A stretch of DNA of 64,000 nucleotides from an uncultured Gemmatimonadaceae bacterium (GCA_963761305.1 CAVXGK010000002.1:800001-864000), one strand, 5' to 3'; shown: positions 20,067-31,254, counted from the stretch's first letter. A program made the numbers and translations. The notes: generated from the letters alone by a model not told the origin.

Positions 20067-21221
20067 GTGGTGAAGAGTTCGTCGAGCAACACTCCGGGGT
20101 TCCTTCTTCTCGAAGACGGAACCCTTTTTTCTGGCGAGCTGGCAACGCCGAGCGAGATGCCGACGGTCGCCGAAGTCGTGTTCACGACGAACATGAGCGG
20201 CTACCAGGAAGTGTTCACCGATCCGTCGTATCGGGGGCAGATCGTCGTCATGACCGCACCGATGATCGGCAACTACGGCGTCAACGCCGACGATCCCGAG
20301 TCGGCGAAGCCGCAAGTCGCCGGCGTCGTCGTACGCGAATTGTCTCGCATGTACTCCAACTGGCGCGCCGACGGCGACTTGCTCACGTGGCTCGAGCGCG
20401 CCGGAGTGCCCGCTCTCGAGGGCGTCGACACGCGCCGTCTCACTCGGCATCTCCGCAGCGTGGGCTCGATGCGCGGCGTCGTCGCGCGCGGAACGCAGCC
20501 GACGCGCGAGGCACTGCTGGCGCTCGACGCATGCCCGGCGATGGAGGGACTCGATCTCGCGTCAGTCGTGTCGACGCCGGACCGCTACGACTGGGGAAGC
20601 GCCGACGCGCCGTATCACATCGTCGCCTACGACTTCGGGATCAAGCGGAACATTCTCCGCCTGTTCGCCGAACATGGCTGTCGAGTGACGGTGGTCCCGG
20701 CGAAAACGACGGCCGAGGAAGCCCTCCAACTCGAGCCGAACGGCGTGTTTTTGTCGAACGGTCCTGGAGATCCGGCCGCAGTGGACTATGCGCCGGCGAT
20801 GGTGCAGAAGATCGCCGACTCGGGCGTTCCAATCTTCGGCATCTGCCTCGGCCATCAGATCCTGGGGCTGACTTACGGCGCCCACACGGTGAAGATGCCG
20901 TACGGCCATCGCGGCGGGAATCACCCCGTGAAGGACCTGGCGACCGGCCGAGTGCTGATCACCTCGCAGAACCACGGATTCGCCGTCGACGGGTCGGCAA
21001 GCGGGATTCCGGGGGCGCCGGAGCTGGAACTCACCCACGTGAACCTCAATGACGGGACGGTCGAGGGGTTGCGGCACCGAAACAAGCCCATCTTTGCCGT
21101 TCAGTATCATCCGGAAGCGGCCCCTGGGCCCCACGACGGCCGCCCGCTCTTCGACGAGTTCCTTGAAACAGTCCGTTCCCACGCTGGGCCGGCTGCGGCC
21201 TCAGGTGGTCCAACCTCTTGA
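20067..21221 (+). CDS. carA: Carbamoyl-phosphate synthase small (glutaminase) subunit
   Basis: [40 protein letters not shown]. Confidence 0.96.
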   Translation: MVKSSSSNTPGFLLLEDGTLFSGELATPSEMPTVAEVVFTTNMSGYQEVFTDPSYRGQIVVMTAPMIGNYGVNADDPESAKPQVAGVVVRELSRMYSNWRADGDLLTWLERAGVPALEGVDTRRLTRHLRSVGSMRGVVARGTQPTREALLALDACPAMEGLDLASVVSTPDRYDWGSADAPYHIVAYDFGIKRNILRLFAEHGCRVTVVPAKTTAEEALQLEPNGVFLSNGPGDPAAVDYAPAMVQKIADSGVPIFGICLGHQILGLTYGAHTVKMPYGHRGGNHPVKDLATGRVLITSQNHGFAVDGSASGIPGAPELELTHVNLNDGTVEGLRHRNKPIFAVQYHPEAAPGPHDGRPLFDEFLETVRSHAGPAAASGGPTS

Positions 21222-21247
21222 CACACAAGAGTTAACGGAGATAAGTT
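21218..21247 (+). promoter_or_regulatory. Putative sigma70 promoter of the HU gene
   Basis: TTGACA-N18-TAAGTT; the -35 contains the carA TGA; overlapped by inverted repeat CTCTTG-N5-CAAGAG. Confidence 0.6.
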
Positions 21248-21293
21248 CGGTTTGTCTCCGCCACCCACGGGCGTCAGCACACTGAGGCATTCA

Positions 21294-21632
21294 ATGACCA
21301 AAGCCGACCTGGTCGAACGGGTCACAGCCCAGATCTCACGCACCGCTGGGCCGATGATCTCAAAGAAAGACTGCGCTCGAGTCGTGGATGCATTCCTCGA
21401 CTCGATCAAGGAAGCATTGCAAGCACAGAAGAACATTGAAGTTCGAGGCTTCGGGACGTTCAAGATCCGCCACCGCAAGACACGGATGGCGCGAAATCCG
21501 CGGACGGGCTCGCCTGTCGAGGTGTCCGCGCGACCGGTCCCGGTGTTCAAGCCATCGAAGGAACTGCGCGCGATGGTCGCCGGTCTGCCGCTCGACGAAA
21601 TGGATGACGAAGAGGAAATGACGGAGGCGTAA
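21294..21632 (+). CDS. HU/IHF family DNA-binding protein with acidic tail
   Basis: MTKADLV, IEVRGFGTF, RNPRTG, PVFKPSKELR. Confidence 0.95.
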   Translation: MTKADLVERVTAQISRTAGPMISKKDCARVVDAFLDSIKEALQAQKNIEVRGFGTFKIRHRKTRMARNPRTGSPVEVSARPVPVFKPSKELRAMVAGLPLDEMDDEEEMTEA

Positions 21633-21753
21633 GCACTTCGCCTTCACGACTTCGCGGCTCGACGCAACCACGGCGTCGGGCCGTTGTCGTCTCAGGTCGC
21701 TATGCTACGAGAAGCGCGCATCATTTCGGAGAAGCCATCGCACGCCTGATCGC

Positions 21754-21996
21754 ATGACCGTGACCGTGTTGCTCTTCGCGTCCTACGCCGACGCGCTCGG
21801 CGAACGAACGATCCCACTCGATCTCCCGAACGGCTCGACCGTCGGCGAGGCGTTGCGCCGCGTGCGCGAAATGGCTGGCGCGGCTCGACTTCCAGCGGAG
21901 CCGATGATCGCCGTGAACGAGGAGTACGCTCGAGCCGACCGCACGCTCGCGGCGGGTGACGAAATGGCGATCATTCCCCCGGTGGCGGGCGGCTGA
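21754..21996 (+). CDS. moaD: Molybdopterin synthase sulfur carrier subunit
   Basis: 80 aa ubiquitin-like protein ending IPPVAGG. Confidence 0.93.
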   Translation: MTVTVLLFASYADALGERTIPLDLPNGSTVGEALRRVREMAGAARLPAEPMIAVNEEYARADRTLAAGDEMAIIPPVAGG

Positions 21997-22439
21997 TGCG
22001 AAGCGCGATCGTCGATCACGTCATCGATCCCGCGGCGCTTACCGTGGAAGTCGCCGGCGACGGCAACGGGGCGGAGATCCTCTTCTTGGGGACCGTGCGT
22101 GACTCGAACGACGGGCGCGGCGTGACGGGCATCGAGTACTCCGCCTATCGGTCGATGGCAGAACGCGAGCTGTCCTCGATCGTCGGCGAAGCGAGCGCCG
22201 AGTTCGGAACGACGGACGTCGTCGTCGAGCATCGCGTCGGGACGCTGACGGTCGGCGACGTGAGCGTGGCGATCGCCGTCGCGCATCCGCACCGTGCCGC
22301 CGCTTATGACGCAAGCCGTTACGTGATCGAGCAGATCAAACGACGCGTGCCGATCTGGAAGCGCGAGCACTACGCCGACGGGACGCGAGAGTGGGTCGAC
22401 CCGACCGTGCATCGCGCGACCGCCGAGGCGGCAGGCTGA
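21996..22439 (+). CDS. moaE: Molybdopterin synthase catalytic subunit
   Basis: FLGTVRD, HRVGTL, HPHR, VPIWKREHY. Confidence 0.95.
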   Translation: MRSAIVDHVIDPAALTVEVAGDGNGAEILFLGTVRDSNDGRGVTGIEYSAYRSMAERELSSIVGEASAEFGTTDVVVEHRVGTLTVGDVSVAIAVAHPHRAAAYDASRYVIEQIKRRVPIWKREHYADGTREWVDPTVHRATAEAAG

Positions 22440-23425
22440 TGCAGCCTCAGCGCTCGCTCGACCAGTTCGGACGGAGCATCGAGTATCTGCGGATCTCGGT
22501 GACGGACCGCTGCAACTTCCGCTGCCTGTACTGCATGCCGGCCGAGGGCCTCGCGTGGCTGCCCAAGGCGGACATCCTGTCGTACGAAGAGATAACGGAG
22601 GTCGTCCGGCAGCTCGCGCCGCTCGGGCTGCGTCGGTTGCGCGTGACCGGCGGCGAGCCGACGATCCGGCCCCAGATCCACGAATTGATTCGCATGCTGC
22701 GCGCGGTGCCGGAGATCGAGGACATCGCGATCTCCACGAATGGGGCGCGGCTGCCGGAGATCGCGGAGACGCTCCGCGAGTGCGGGCTCGACCGCGTCAA
22801 CATGAGCGTCGACAGTCTGCGCGCGGATCGCATCGCGAACATCGCGCGACGAAACCTCAGGTTTGATCCGGTTCGCGCCGCGTTGGCCGCACAAGCCGCC
22901 GGCCTCGACCCCATCAAGCTCAACGTGGTCGTGATGCGCGGCATCAACGACGACGAGATACTCGACCTCGCGCGTCTCACGCTCGAGCACCCGTGGCACG
23001 TGCGATTCATCGAGCTGATGCCGGTCGGCGACATGCGCGAGCTGACGTGGGAGCACATCGTGCCCAGCGACGAGATCCTCTCGCGACTCGGCGACATCGC
23101 GCCGCTCACACCGACATCAGGTCCGGCGCGCGGCAACGGACCGGCGGCGTACTATACCTGGCCTGGCGCGCCGGGAACGATCGGCGTCATCACGCCGATG
23201 ACGCATACGTACTGCGCGTCGTGCAACAAGGTGCGGCTGACGGCCGACGGTCGTTTGCGCACGTGCCTCTTCGGGGATCATGAAGTGGATCTCCGGTCGC
23301 CGCTGCGCTCGGGCCTGCCGCTCGCGCCGTTCTTCCGCGACGCGCTGGCCAACAAGCCGAAGGAGCACGAGTTGCTGCAGATGCAGGTCGGTGGACTGCG
23401 CGCGCTCTCGCAAGTCGGCGGCTGA
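22439..23425 (+). CDS. moaA: GTP 3',8-cyclase (radical SAM)
   Basis: [34 protein letters not shown]-terminal GG. Confidence 0.97.
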   Translation: MQPQRSLDQFGRSIEYLRISVTDRCNFRCLYCMPAEGLAWLPKADILSYEEITEVVRQLAPLGLRRLRVTGGEPTIRPQIHELIRMLRAVPEIEDIAISTNGARLPEIAETLRECGLDRVNMSVDSLRADRIANIARRNLRFDPVRAALAAQAAGLDPIKLNVVVMRGINDDEILDLARLTLEHPWHVRFIELMPVGDMRELTWEHIVPSDEILSRLGDIAPLTPTSGPARGNGPAAYYTWPGAPGTIGVITPMTHTYCASCNKVRLTADGRLRTCLFGDHEVDLRSPLRSGLPLAPFFRDALANKPKEHELLQMQVGGLRALSQVGG

Positions 23426-23514
23426 GCGCTCCACGCCGGACCACGCTACAACGACCGAACCGGGCGTCTTACCTTTCGCTGCGGGTACTCACTTCACAGC
23501 GAAGACTCACTGAC

Positions 23515-24444
23515 ATGGTCAACAAGATTACGGTCGTCGGTGCCGGCAATGTCGGCGCGACGACCGCGCAGCGTGTGGCGGAGAAGGAGCTGGCGCGCAC
23601 GGTCGTGATGGTCGACGTCGTCGAGGGAATCCCGCAGGGGAAAGGCCTCGACCAGTGGCAGTCGGCGCCGATCGAAGGTTTCGACTCGCGAATCATCGGC
23701 ACGAACGGCTACGAGGAGACGGCCGGCTCGGACCTCGTCATCATCACAGCCGGCATCGCACGCAAGCCCGGCATGTCGCGCGACGACCTGCTCAACACCA
23801 ACGCCGGCATCGTCAAGCAGGTCGCCGAGCAGATCAAGGCGACGTCGCCCAAGGCGATCGTGATCGTCGTGTCCAACCCGCTCGACGTGATGTGCTACGT
23901 GGCGAAGGAAGTCACCGGCTTTCCGCGCGAGCGTGTGATCGGCATGGCGGGCGTGCTCGACACCGCGCGCTTCCGCGGGTTTCTCGCCGAAGCAGCCGAC
24001 GTCTCCGTGCGCGACATTCAGGCGATGGTGCTCGGCGGCCACGGCGACACGATGGTTCCGCTCATCTCATACACGTCGGTGAGTGGCATTCCGATCACGC
24101 AGCTGATCGACAAGGCCAAGCTCGACGCGATCGTCGATCGCACGCGCAATGGCGGCGCCGAGATCGTCAAGCATCTCAAGACCGGCTCGGCGTACTACGC
24201 GCCGTCGGCCGGCGCGGTGCAGATGGCCGAGGCGATCGTGAAGGACCAGCGCCGCATCCTGCCATGCGCGGCGTGGCTCGAGGGCGAGTACGGCATGAAG
24301 GGGCTCTTCCTCGGCGTGCCGTGCAAGCTGGGCCACGGCGGTCTGCAGAAGGTGATCGAGGTCGAGCTCACCGCCGACGAGCGCGCCGCGTTGGCGAAGA
24401 GCGCCGAGGCCGTGCGTGAGCCGATGAGCGCCGTAAAGCTGTGA
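23515..24444 (+). CDS. mdh: Malate dehydrogenase (LDH-like)
   Basis: [30 protein letters not shown]. Confidence 0.97.
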   Translation: MVNKITVVGAGNVGATTAQRVAEKELARTVVMVDVVEGIPQGKGLDQWQSAPIEGFDSRIIGTNGYEETAGSDLVIITAGIARKPGMSRDDLLNTNAGIVKQVAEQIKATSPKAIVIVVSNPLDVMCYVAKEVTGFPRERVIGMAGVLDTARFRGFLAEAADVSVRDIQAMVLGGHGDTMVPLISYTSVSGIPITQLIDKAKLDAIVDRTRNGGAEIVKHLKTGSAYYAPSAGAVQMAEAIVKDQRRILPCAAWLEGEYGMKGLFLGVPCKLGHGGLQKVIEVELTADERAALAKSAEAVREPMSAVKL

Positions 24445-24514
24445 TGTCGCCGCTCTAGCTGTAGAGCCGTTCCGGCCGATCGCCGATCGGCCGGCAGACG
24501 CAAGCCGGTCACAG

Positions 24515-25195
24515 ATGTCGCTTGGAACGTTCTATCGCTCGACGATCGGAAAGAAGGTGATCATGGGCATCACGGGGCTGATTGGCATCGGCTTCGTGAT
24601 CGTCCATGTCGCCGGCAATCTCCAGGCGTTCGAGGGAGCGTCGAAGCTCAACGCGTACAGCGCCGCGCTGCATGGGCCGCTCAACGAGCTGCTGTGGGTC
24701 CTGCGCGTCGCGCTGCTGGCCGCGGTGATTCTGCACGTGACGATGGCGTATCAGCTCACGCGACGCACGGCTGCCGCGCGCCCCATCGGGTACGAACATC
24801 GCGAGCCGCAGGTGTCGACGCTCGCCGCGCGCACGATGAAGTGGGGCGGAGTGCTGCTGCTCGTCTTCCTCGTCTTTCACATCCTGCATTTCACCACCGA
24901 GACGTTCGACCCCGGCCACGCGGCCGGCATGGTCGACATGCACGGCGACCACGACGTCTATGCCAACATCGTGGCGAGCTTCCACGTGTGGTGGGTCGCG
25001 GCGTTTTACATCGTCGCGATGATCGCCCTGGGAATGCACTTGTACCATGGCGCGTGGAGCTCGATCCGCACGCTCGGCTACGCCCAGGCGTCGAACCATC
25101 CATTGCACCGCCGAATCGCGCTCGTCGTCGCCGTCGGCGTGTGGCTCGGCTTCACCCTCGTTCCCGTCGGCGTGATCGTCGGCGTGATTCACTGA
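24515..25195 (+). CDS. sdhC: Succinate dehydrogenase cytochrome b subunit (single large anchor, b558 family)
   Basis: STIGKKVIMGITG, five TM segments, His ligands in VHVAGN, ILHV, FHILHF, MHLYHG. Confidence 0.92.
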   Translation: MSLGTFYRSTIGKKVIMGITGLIGIGFVIVHVAGNLQAFEGASKLNAYSAALHGPLNELLWVLRVALLAAVILHVTMAYQLTRRTAAARPIGYEHREPQVSTLAARTMKWGGVLLLVFLVFHILHFTTETFDPGHAAGMVDMHGDHDVYANIVASFHVWWVAAFYIVAMIALGMHLYHGAWSSIRTLGYAQASNHPLHRRIALVVAVGVWLGFTLVPVGVIVGVIH

Positions 25196-25216
25196 GCGGG
25201 CCGATGGCCGACTTCA

Positions 25217-27136
25217 ATGGCTGACTTCAATGCGAAGGTGCCGAGCGGTCCGCTCGAGAGAAAGTGGGAGAAACACCGCTTCGAGATGAAGCTGGTGAAC
25301 CCCGCGAACAAGCGGAAATACACCGTCATCGTGGTCGGGTCGGGATTGGCCGGCGCATCGGCGGCCGCATCGCTGAGCGAGTTGGGCTACAACGTCCATT
25401 GCTTCTGCTTTCAGGATTCGCCGCGGCGCGCGCACAGCATCGCCGCGCAGGGCGGAATCAACGCGGCGAAGAACTACCAGAACGACGGCGACAGCGTTTT
25501 TCGCCTCTTCTACGACACGATCAAGGGCGGCGACTTTCGCGCGCGCGAAGCGAACGTGTACCGCCTCGCCGAAGTGAGCGTGAACATCATCGACCAGTGC
25601 GTCGCGCAGGGCGTGCCGTTCGCGCGCGAGTACGGCGGACTGCTGGCGAATCGCTCGTTCGGCGGTGCGCAGGTGTCACGCACGTTCTACGCGCGCGGGC
25701 AAACCGGCCAGCAGCTGCTCCTCGGCGCGTACCAGGCGCTCGAGAAGGAGATCGCGAAGGGCGGCGTCACGATGTTCCCGCGCACCGAGATGCTCGATCT
25801 CGTCGTCGTGAACGGCCGCGCACGTGGCATCGTGACGCGCGACATGGTCACCGGCGCGATCGAGACGCACGTCGCCGACGCCGTCATCCTCGGCACGGGT
25901 GGCTACGGCAACGTCTACTATCTGTCCACCAATGCCAAGGGATCGAACGTCACAGCGATCTGGCGCGCGTACAAGCGCGGCGCGGCGTTCGCGAATCCCT
26001 GTTTCACGCAGATCCACCCCACCTGCATTCCGGTGAGCGGCGAGCATCAGTCGAAGCTCACGCTGATGAGCGAGTCGCTGCGAAACGACGGCCGCGTGTG
26101 GGTGCCGAAGCGCAAGGAAGATTGCGCCAAGCCGCCGAACCAGATCCCCGAAGGCGACCGCGACTACTTCCTCGAGCGAAAGTATCCGGCGTTCGGCAAT
26201 CTCTCGCCGCGCGACATCGCGTCGCGCGCCGCGAAGGAAGTATGCGACGAGGGGCGGGGCGTGGGACCCGGCGGGCGCGGCGTCTATCTCGACTTCGCCG
26301 ACGCCATCAAGCGGCTCGGCCGGCAAACGATCGAAGATCGCTACGGCAATCTGTTCGAGATGTACGAACGCATCACCGACGAGAATCCGTACGAAGTGCC
26401 GATGCGCATCTATCCGGCCGTGCATTACACCATGGGCGGACTCTGGGTGGACTACAACCTGATGAGCAACGTCCCCGGCCTGCACGTGATCGGCGAAGCG
26501 AACTTCTCCGACCACGGCGCGAACCGGCTCGGCGCCAGCGCGCTGATGCAAGGACTAGCCGACGGCTACTTCGTCGTGCCGCTCACGATCGGCGACTATC
26601 TCGGATCGACGAAGCTCGAGCGCGTCGCCGACGACAACGCCGAGGTGCGCGCCACGGAAGAGGCGGTTCGCGAACGCACGTCGCGGCTGCTCGCGGTGAG
26701 GGGAAGCCGCACGGTCGCGTCGATCCATCGCGAGCTCGGCAAGCTGATGTGGGAGTACTGCGGCATGGCGCGCGACGCGGCCGGACTCAAGACGGCGCTC
26801 GCCGAGATTCCCAGGTTGCGCGACGAATTCTGGCACGACGTGCGCGTGCCGGGCACCGGCGCCGAGTTGAATCAATCGCTCGAATACGCGGGACGCGTCG
26901 CCGACTTCCTCGAGCTCGCCGAGTTGATGTGCGTCGACGCGCTCGACCGCGAGGAGTCGTGCGGTGCTCATTTTCGAGTGGAGCATCAGACGCCCGAGGG
27001 CGAAGCGTTGCGCGACGACGAACGCTTCACCTACGTCGCGGCGTGGGAGTACGCGGGAGAAGGGAAGCCGCCCGCGCTCAGGAAGGAGCCGCTCGTGTTC
27101 GAGAACGTCCACCTGTCTCAACGCTCGTACAAATAG
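25217..27136 (+). CDS. sdhA: Succinate dehydrogenase/fumarate reductase flavoprotein
   Basis: [40 protein letters not shown]. Confidence 0.97.
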   Translation: MADFNAKVPSGPLERKWEKHRFEMKLVNPANKRKYTVIVVGSGLAGASAAASLSELGYNVHCFCFQDSPRRAHSIAAQGGINAAKNYQNDGDSVFRLFYDTIKGGDFRAREANVYRLAEVSVNIIDQCVAQGVPFAREYGGLLANRSFGGAQVSRTFYARGQTGQQLLLGAYQALEKEIAKGGVTMFPRTEMLDLVVVNGRARGIVTRDMVTGAIETHVADAVILGTGGYGNVYYLSTNAKGSNVTAIWRAYKRGAAFANPCFTQIHPTCIPVSGEHQSKLTLMSESLRNDGRVWVPKRKEDCAKPPNQIPEGDRDYFLERKYPAFGNLSPRDIASRAAKEVCDEGRGVGPGGRGVYLDFADAIKRLGRQTIEDRYGNLFEMYERITDENPYEVPMRIYPAVHYTMGGLWVDYNLMSNVPGLHVIGEANFSDHGANRLGASALMQGLADGYFVVPLTIGDYLGSTKLERVADDNAEVRATEEAVRERTSRLLAVRGSRTVASIHRELGKLMWEYCGMARDAAGLKTALAEIPRLRDEFWHDVRVPGTGAELNQSLEYAGRVADFLELAELMCVDALDREESCGAHFRVEHQTPEGEALRDDERFTYVAAWEYAGEGKPPALRKEPLVFENVHLSQRSYK

Positions 27137-27153
27137 GAGGCGCGCGGCTCATC

Positions 27154-27927
27154 ATGCACGTGACTCTCTTCGTGTGGCGACAGGCCGGCCCCGACGTGCC
27201 GGGCGGGATGCAGCGCTACGACACCGACGACGTCAGCCCGGACATGTCGTTCCTCGAGATGCTCGACGTCGTGAACGAATCGCTCATTACCAAGGGCGAA
27301 CAGCCGATCGCGTTCGACCACGACTGCCGCGAGGGCATCTGCGGTTCGTGCGGGATGATGATCAACGGCGTCGCGCACGGTCCGATGAAAGGCACGGCAA
27401 CCTGCCAGCTCCACATGCGGAGCTTCGCCGACGGCGCGACGATCGACGTGGAACCGTGGCGGTCGCGCGCGTTCCCGGTGATCAAGGACCTCGTCGTGAA
27501 CCGCGGCGCGTTCGACCGGATCATCGCCGCCGGTGGCTTCATCACGGCGCCGACGGGTGCGGCCCAGGACGCGAACAACATTCAGGTCGCCAAACAGGCG
27601 TCGGATTCCGCGATGGACGCCGCGGCGTGCATCGGCTGCGGCGCCTGCGTCGCGGCGTGCCCGAACGGCTCGGCCTCCCTGTTCACCGCCGCGAAGATCG
27701 CGCATCTTGGGCTTCTCCCGCAGGGCCAGCCCGAGCGCTCGCGTCGCGCGCTGCGCATGGTGGCGGAGATGGACGCCGAGGGGTTCGGCCACTGCACGCT
27801 GTACGGCGAGTGCCAGGAGGCGTGCCCCAAGGAAATCAGCATCGACACGATCGCGCGGATGAACCACGACTATCTGGCCGCGACGATTACCCACCGCGAG
27901 GAGCGCGCCCAGGCGGGCACCGGATGA
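27154..27927 (+). CDS. sdhB: Succinate dehydrogenase iron-sulfur subunit
   Basis: [17 protein letters not shown]...[14 protein letters not shown]. Confidence 0.96.
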   Translation: MHVTLFVWRQAGPDVPGGMQRYDTDDVSPDMSFLEMLDVVNESLITKGEQPIAFDHDCREGICGSCGMMINGVAHGPMKGTATCQLHMRSFADGATIDVEPWRSRAFPVIKDLVVNRGAFDRIIAAGGFITAPTGAAQDANNIQVAKQASDSAMDAAACIGCGACVAACPNGSASLFTAAKIAHLGLLPQGQPERSRRALRMVAEMDAEGFGHCTLYGECQEACPKEISIDTIARMNHDYLAATITHREERAQAGTG

Positions 27928-28114
27928 CGCCCCCGCCGCCGGCCTGCCGCCCGGAGTCGGGAAAAGGGCCGAGAGATTGAACATTCGTATCCCGGAATGC
28001 ACCTTGTCGGAAGCACTGGGACGCGCAGGCACGACCGTCACGATCAGATGCACGGTGCGGCGGTGAGCGAGGAAGCCGAGTACTTGGAGTCATCGACTCG
28101 CGGAGGCGCGACCG

Positions 28115-30214
28115 ATGAAAGACTCGTCCCGCAAGAGATCCGCGAACGACCGCTCGGCGGCGGCGCACGGAAGGAAGCCTCGTAACCGTCCTCGCGACGC
28201 CGGGCGCGTGGCGCGCGACGTCGGCGGATCGACGTTGGCGCGAGTCAGCGCCGCCCTCCTCGCACTCGCCTGCGTCCTCCCGCTCGCGGTGTCGGAGAAC
28301 CGATATCCGGGGCAGGTGCTCGCCTACTGGCTGCTCGGCGGACTGGTCGTCGGCGCGGCGTTCGCCGTCGGCGCGCGGACCGGACGCGACGCGGTGCTCG
28401 ATCTTCCCGCGCGGTCGGCGCGCCTCCTCATGCGAACGCCGCCGGTCCTCTTCGCGCTGATCGTCGCCGCGGCCGCCACCGGGCTGAGTCTGTTCTTCGC
28501 GCGGTACGCGTTCGGAACTTCGGCGAGCACGCCCGACGAGATTGCCCAACTCTGGCATGCGAAGATTCTGCTGCACGGCCGGTTGTCGCTCCCGGTCGAT
28601 GCGAACCGCGAGTTCTTCGGCCTCGAAACGGTCGTCGACGTCGGGCGTTGGTATTCACAGTTTCCAATCGGCGGACCGTTGGCGATGGTGCCGGGCGCAT
28701 TCGTCGGCGCGCCGTGGTTGGTGAATCCCGTTCTCCTCGGGATTTCGACGATCATGCTCTACGTCTTCGCCCGGCGAGCCTACGGTGAAGTGCAAGGACG
28801 CGCTATCGCCGCGCTCTTCGCCGTCGCGCCGATGGTGCTCATGCTCGCCGGCACGTGGATGAACCACGTCCCGGTCCTCTTTCTGACGACGACCGCGCTC
28901 GCGCTGGTCGTCGCCTGGGAACGATCGACGTCGACGCTGCGCTCGGGCTCGTTCGCCGTGGCGATCGGCCTCGCAGTGGGACTCATCGCGACCATCCGGC
29001 CGCTCGACGCCGTCTCCGTCGCCGTCGCCATCGGCGTATTTCAGATCTCGGTGGCGTGGACGGCGCGGGCGAAGTGGCGCGACCTGCCCGGTGAGATCGC
29101 CGGCGGCTTTCTCGGCGCGCTACCACTCCTGCTGGCGAATCATGCCACGACGGGCAGCGCGTTTCGATTCGGCTACGACGTGCTCTGGGGGACGGGCCAC
29201 CGCGTTGGATTTCACTCGGATCCGTACGGCAACACGCACACGCTGGGTCGCGGACTCGATCTCGCGACGACCTACGTGGGCGAGCTGAACATGTTCCTGC
29301 TCGCCTGGCCGGTCCCGGCGATTCTCGTCGCCGTGGTCACACTGCTCGCGGCGCGACGACTCTCGCGATGGGACGGACTGGTCCTCGCGCTGCTCGGCGC
29401 GCAGTTGGCGGCGTACGGCGCATACTGGGGCGAGGGGGAATTCCTCGGCCCGCGTTTTCTCTACACGGCGCTCCCCGCGCTGGTGGTGCTCATCGCGCGT
29501 GCGCCGTTCGTACTCGCCGAGCGATTCGATCGACGAGTCTTGCGAGGCGCGGTTGCGAGTGTGCTGGCGTGTCTGGCCATCGCGTGGCTCGTTCCCGGCT
29601 TGCCGTTCAGCGTGCTCGGTCTCGCCACACAAGCGCGAAACGCGCGGCAAACGCTCAAGGTCGACATCGCCGGCGCGGTGAGGGACGCCAACGTGCACCA
29701 CGCCGTCGTGTTTCTCCGCGAACCGTTCACCATGCGACTGGCGCGCCGGCTGTGGGGAGTCGGCATGACGCGGAGCGACGCCGCCCGACTCATCGCGGGC
29801 AACGACGCCTGTTCCATTCTCATGGCGATCCGTTCCGCCGAAGGGGACTCGGATCGATCGCCGAGTCGGATGGTGACCCTGCGCGCGGCCGTCGTCCCGC
29901 TCGCCAGGCCCGCGCAGCAGGGTTCGGTTGGAGGGAGTCAGGTACACCTCGCATCGCGCGCGTCGATCACGCCGGAGTGTCAATCCGAGCTGGACGCGGA
30001 CCGGCGATTGGGTGGCGCGCCGTTTGGTCCCATGCTGCCGCTGGAAGAGATCGGAGCCGACGGTCGTATCGGTGGCGGCGACGTGGTCTACGCAGCAGAC
30101 CTCGGCGACCGCAACGAGCAGCTTCGCGCCAGGTTCGGCGATCGCCGCTGGTATCGCGTGGCGCTCCGTCCGGTTGGGCGCGGGCGACTTCGCGCAACGG
30201 TGTCACCATATTAG
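28115..30214 (+). CDS. Multi-pass membrane protein, GT-C fold-like (ArnT/PMT-related) putative glycosyltransferase
   Basis: More than ten hydrophobic segments, TPDEIAQLWHAK acidic DE motif in the first external loop, YSQFPIG, IRPLD, GPRFLY, soluble C-terminal domain. Confidence 0.65.
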   Translation: MKDSSRKRSANDRSAAAHGRKPRNRPRDAGRVARDVGGSTLARVSAALLALACVLPLAVSENRYPGQVLAYWLLGGLVVGAAFAVGARTGRDAVLDLPARSARLLMRTPPVLFALIVAAAATGLSLFFARYAFGTSASTPDEIAQLWHAKILLHGRLSLPVDANREFFGLETVVDVGRWYSQFPIGGPLAMVPGAFVGAPWLVNPVLLGISTIMLYVFARRAYGEVQGRAIAALFAVAPMVLMLAGTWMNHVPVLFLTTTALALVVAWERSTSTLRSGSFAVAIGLAVGLIATIRPLDAVSVAVAIGVFQISVAWTARAKWRDLPGEIAGGFLGALPLLLANHATTGSAFRFGYDVLWGTGHRVGFHSDPYGNTHTLGRGLDLATTYVGELNMFLLAWPVPAILVAVVTLLAARRLSRWDGLVLALLGAQLAAYGAYWGEGEFLGPRFLYTALPALVVLIARAPFVLAERFDRRVLRGAVASVLACLAIAWLVPGLPFSVLGLATQARNARQTLKVDIAGAVRDANVHHAVVFLREPFTMRLARRLWGVGMTRSDAARLIAGNDACSILMAIRSAEGDSDRSPSRMVTLRAAVVPLARPAQQGSVGGSQVHLASRASITPECQSELDADRRLGGAPFGPMLPLEEIGADGRIGGGDVVYAADLGDRNEQLRARFGDRRWYRVALRPVGRGRLRATVSPY

Positions 30215-30237
30215 GCTGCGTGCGCGGCCGCGAGCTT

Positions 30238-30264
30238 GTGAACCTTTCGCCGCCTCGATCGTAA
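30238..30264 (+). promoter_or_regulatory. Putative ECF sigma-factor promoter
   Basis: GTGAAC-N16-CGTAA fits the AAC-N16-CGT ECF (SigW/SigE-like) pattern, 32 nt before GTG 30297. Confidence 0.5.
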
Positions 30265-30296
30265 GAGAACGAACCCATGGAAACGTGGAGCTACCT

Positions 30297-31214
30297 GTGA
30301 CGCACTCGATTCGACGCGGCGCGCTGCGCCCGACGGTCGCCGCGATGCTTGTTTCGCTCGTCGGCGCGCCGTCGATGTTCGCGCAGATGCCGATGAAGGA
30401 GCGCGTGGCGGGAATGGATGACGGCACGACCCTGTCCGCCAAGGCAAAATTGGAAATCGACAGCGTGACAAAGGCCACGCTGCCGCTCGGCGCGAGCGGC
30501 GCGGCGGCGAGCGCGGGATTCCAGCCCGTCTTTGGTTGGATTCCCACCATGGGCGTGCACTGGGTCGACGAAACGCGCATGGTGAAGGCCAAACAGAGCG
30601 ACATCGCCGCGCCCGACAACCTCATGTTCTCGAGAATTGCCGGAAAGGATTCGCTGGTCGGTGCCGCGTACGCGTACCTCGCGCCAGTGTCCGATACCTC
30701 GAGGCCGAAGCTGTTCGACGGCGCGCCGCCGTGGCACGAGCACCAGAACCTGGCGCCGCCAGGACAGACGCTCGTCATGCTGCACGTCTGGTTCGTGCCA
30801 TCGCCCGACGGTCCGTTCGCCGGAACGAATCCGAATCTGCCGTTCTGGGCCGCCGGCCTCGACGCGCCGGACGCGTCGCGCATGCACGAGCCGGCGTTCA
30901 ACGTGCGCGTACGACAAGCCTCGCTCGCCTTGTCGGAAGTCGTCGACACGACGGCGATCTTTCCAAATCTCGAATCACGGATCGCGCTGCGCGCCGTGCT
31001 GGTGCCGCGCCGCGATTCTGTGCGCGCGCTGATTCCACAGATGCTCGCTGCGCAGCAAGCGCACGACGCGGCGCAATGGGATCGAATCGCCGACCGGCTG
31101 GCGAATCAATGGAAGGCGATGGAGACGGCCTATTACGAGAGTGCACTGACGCCGGGGGGCCGAGAGCGCATGGAACGCTTCGTCGCGATGCTCATGGGCG
31201 AGCACGTGCACTAG
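30297..31214 (+). CDS. Secreted hypothetical protein with His/Met motifs (putative metal-binding)
   Basis: Signal peptide ending MFA|Q; MGVHW, WHEH, MLHVW, PDGPFAG.NP motifs; helical C-terminus. Confidence 0.7.
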   Translation: MTHSIRRGALRPTVAAMLVSLVGAPSMFAQMPMKERVAGMDDGTTLSAKAKLEIDSVTKATLPLGASGAAASAGFQPVFGWIPTMGVHWVDETRMVKAKQSDIAAPDNLMFSRIAGKDSLVGAAYAYLAPVSDTSRPKLFDGAPPWHEHQNLAPPGQTLVMLHVWFVPSPDGPFAGTNPNLPFWAAGLDAPDASRMHEPAFNVRVRQASLALSEVVDTTAIFPNLESRIALRAVLVPRRDSVRALIPQMLAAQQAHDAAQWDRIADRLANQWKAMETAYYESALTPGGRERMERFVAMLMGEHVH

Positions 31215-31225
31215 GTCTTGACCAG

Positions 31226-31239
31226 TGGACCGGTCCACC
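31226..31239. repeat. Palindrome GTGGACCGGTCCAC between convergent stop codons, same unit as the udg octamer
   Basis: accaGTGGACCGGTCCACcggttcacc in the 40-bp gap between the hypothetical gene and dcd. Confidence 0.7.
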
Positions 31240-31254
31240 GGTTCACCCCTCCAC

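Noticed and set aside
20063..20070. tRNA-Leu often found after secG
   Set aside because: carA follows immediately; no cloverleaf or T-loop motif seen in any intergenic gap
21633..21753. Moco riboswitch upstream of moaD
   Set aside because: No recognisable conserved motif by eye; an Rfam search would be needed
27928..28114. Possible riboswitch or sRNA before the GT-C-like gene
   Set aside because: Only short weak stems; no motif I can support
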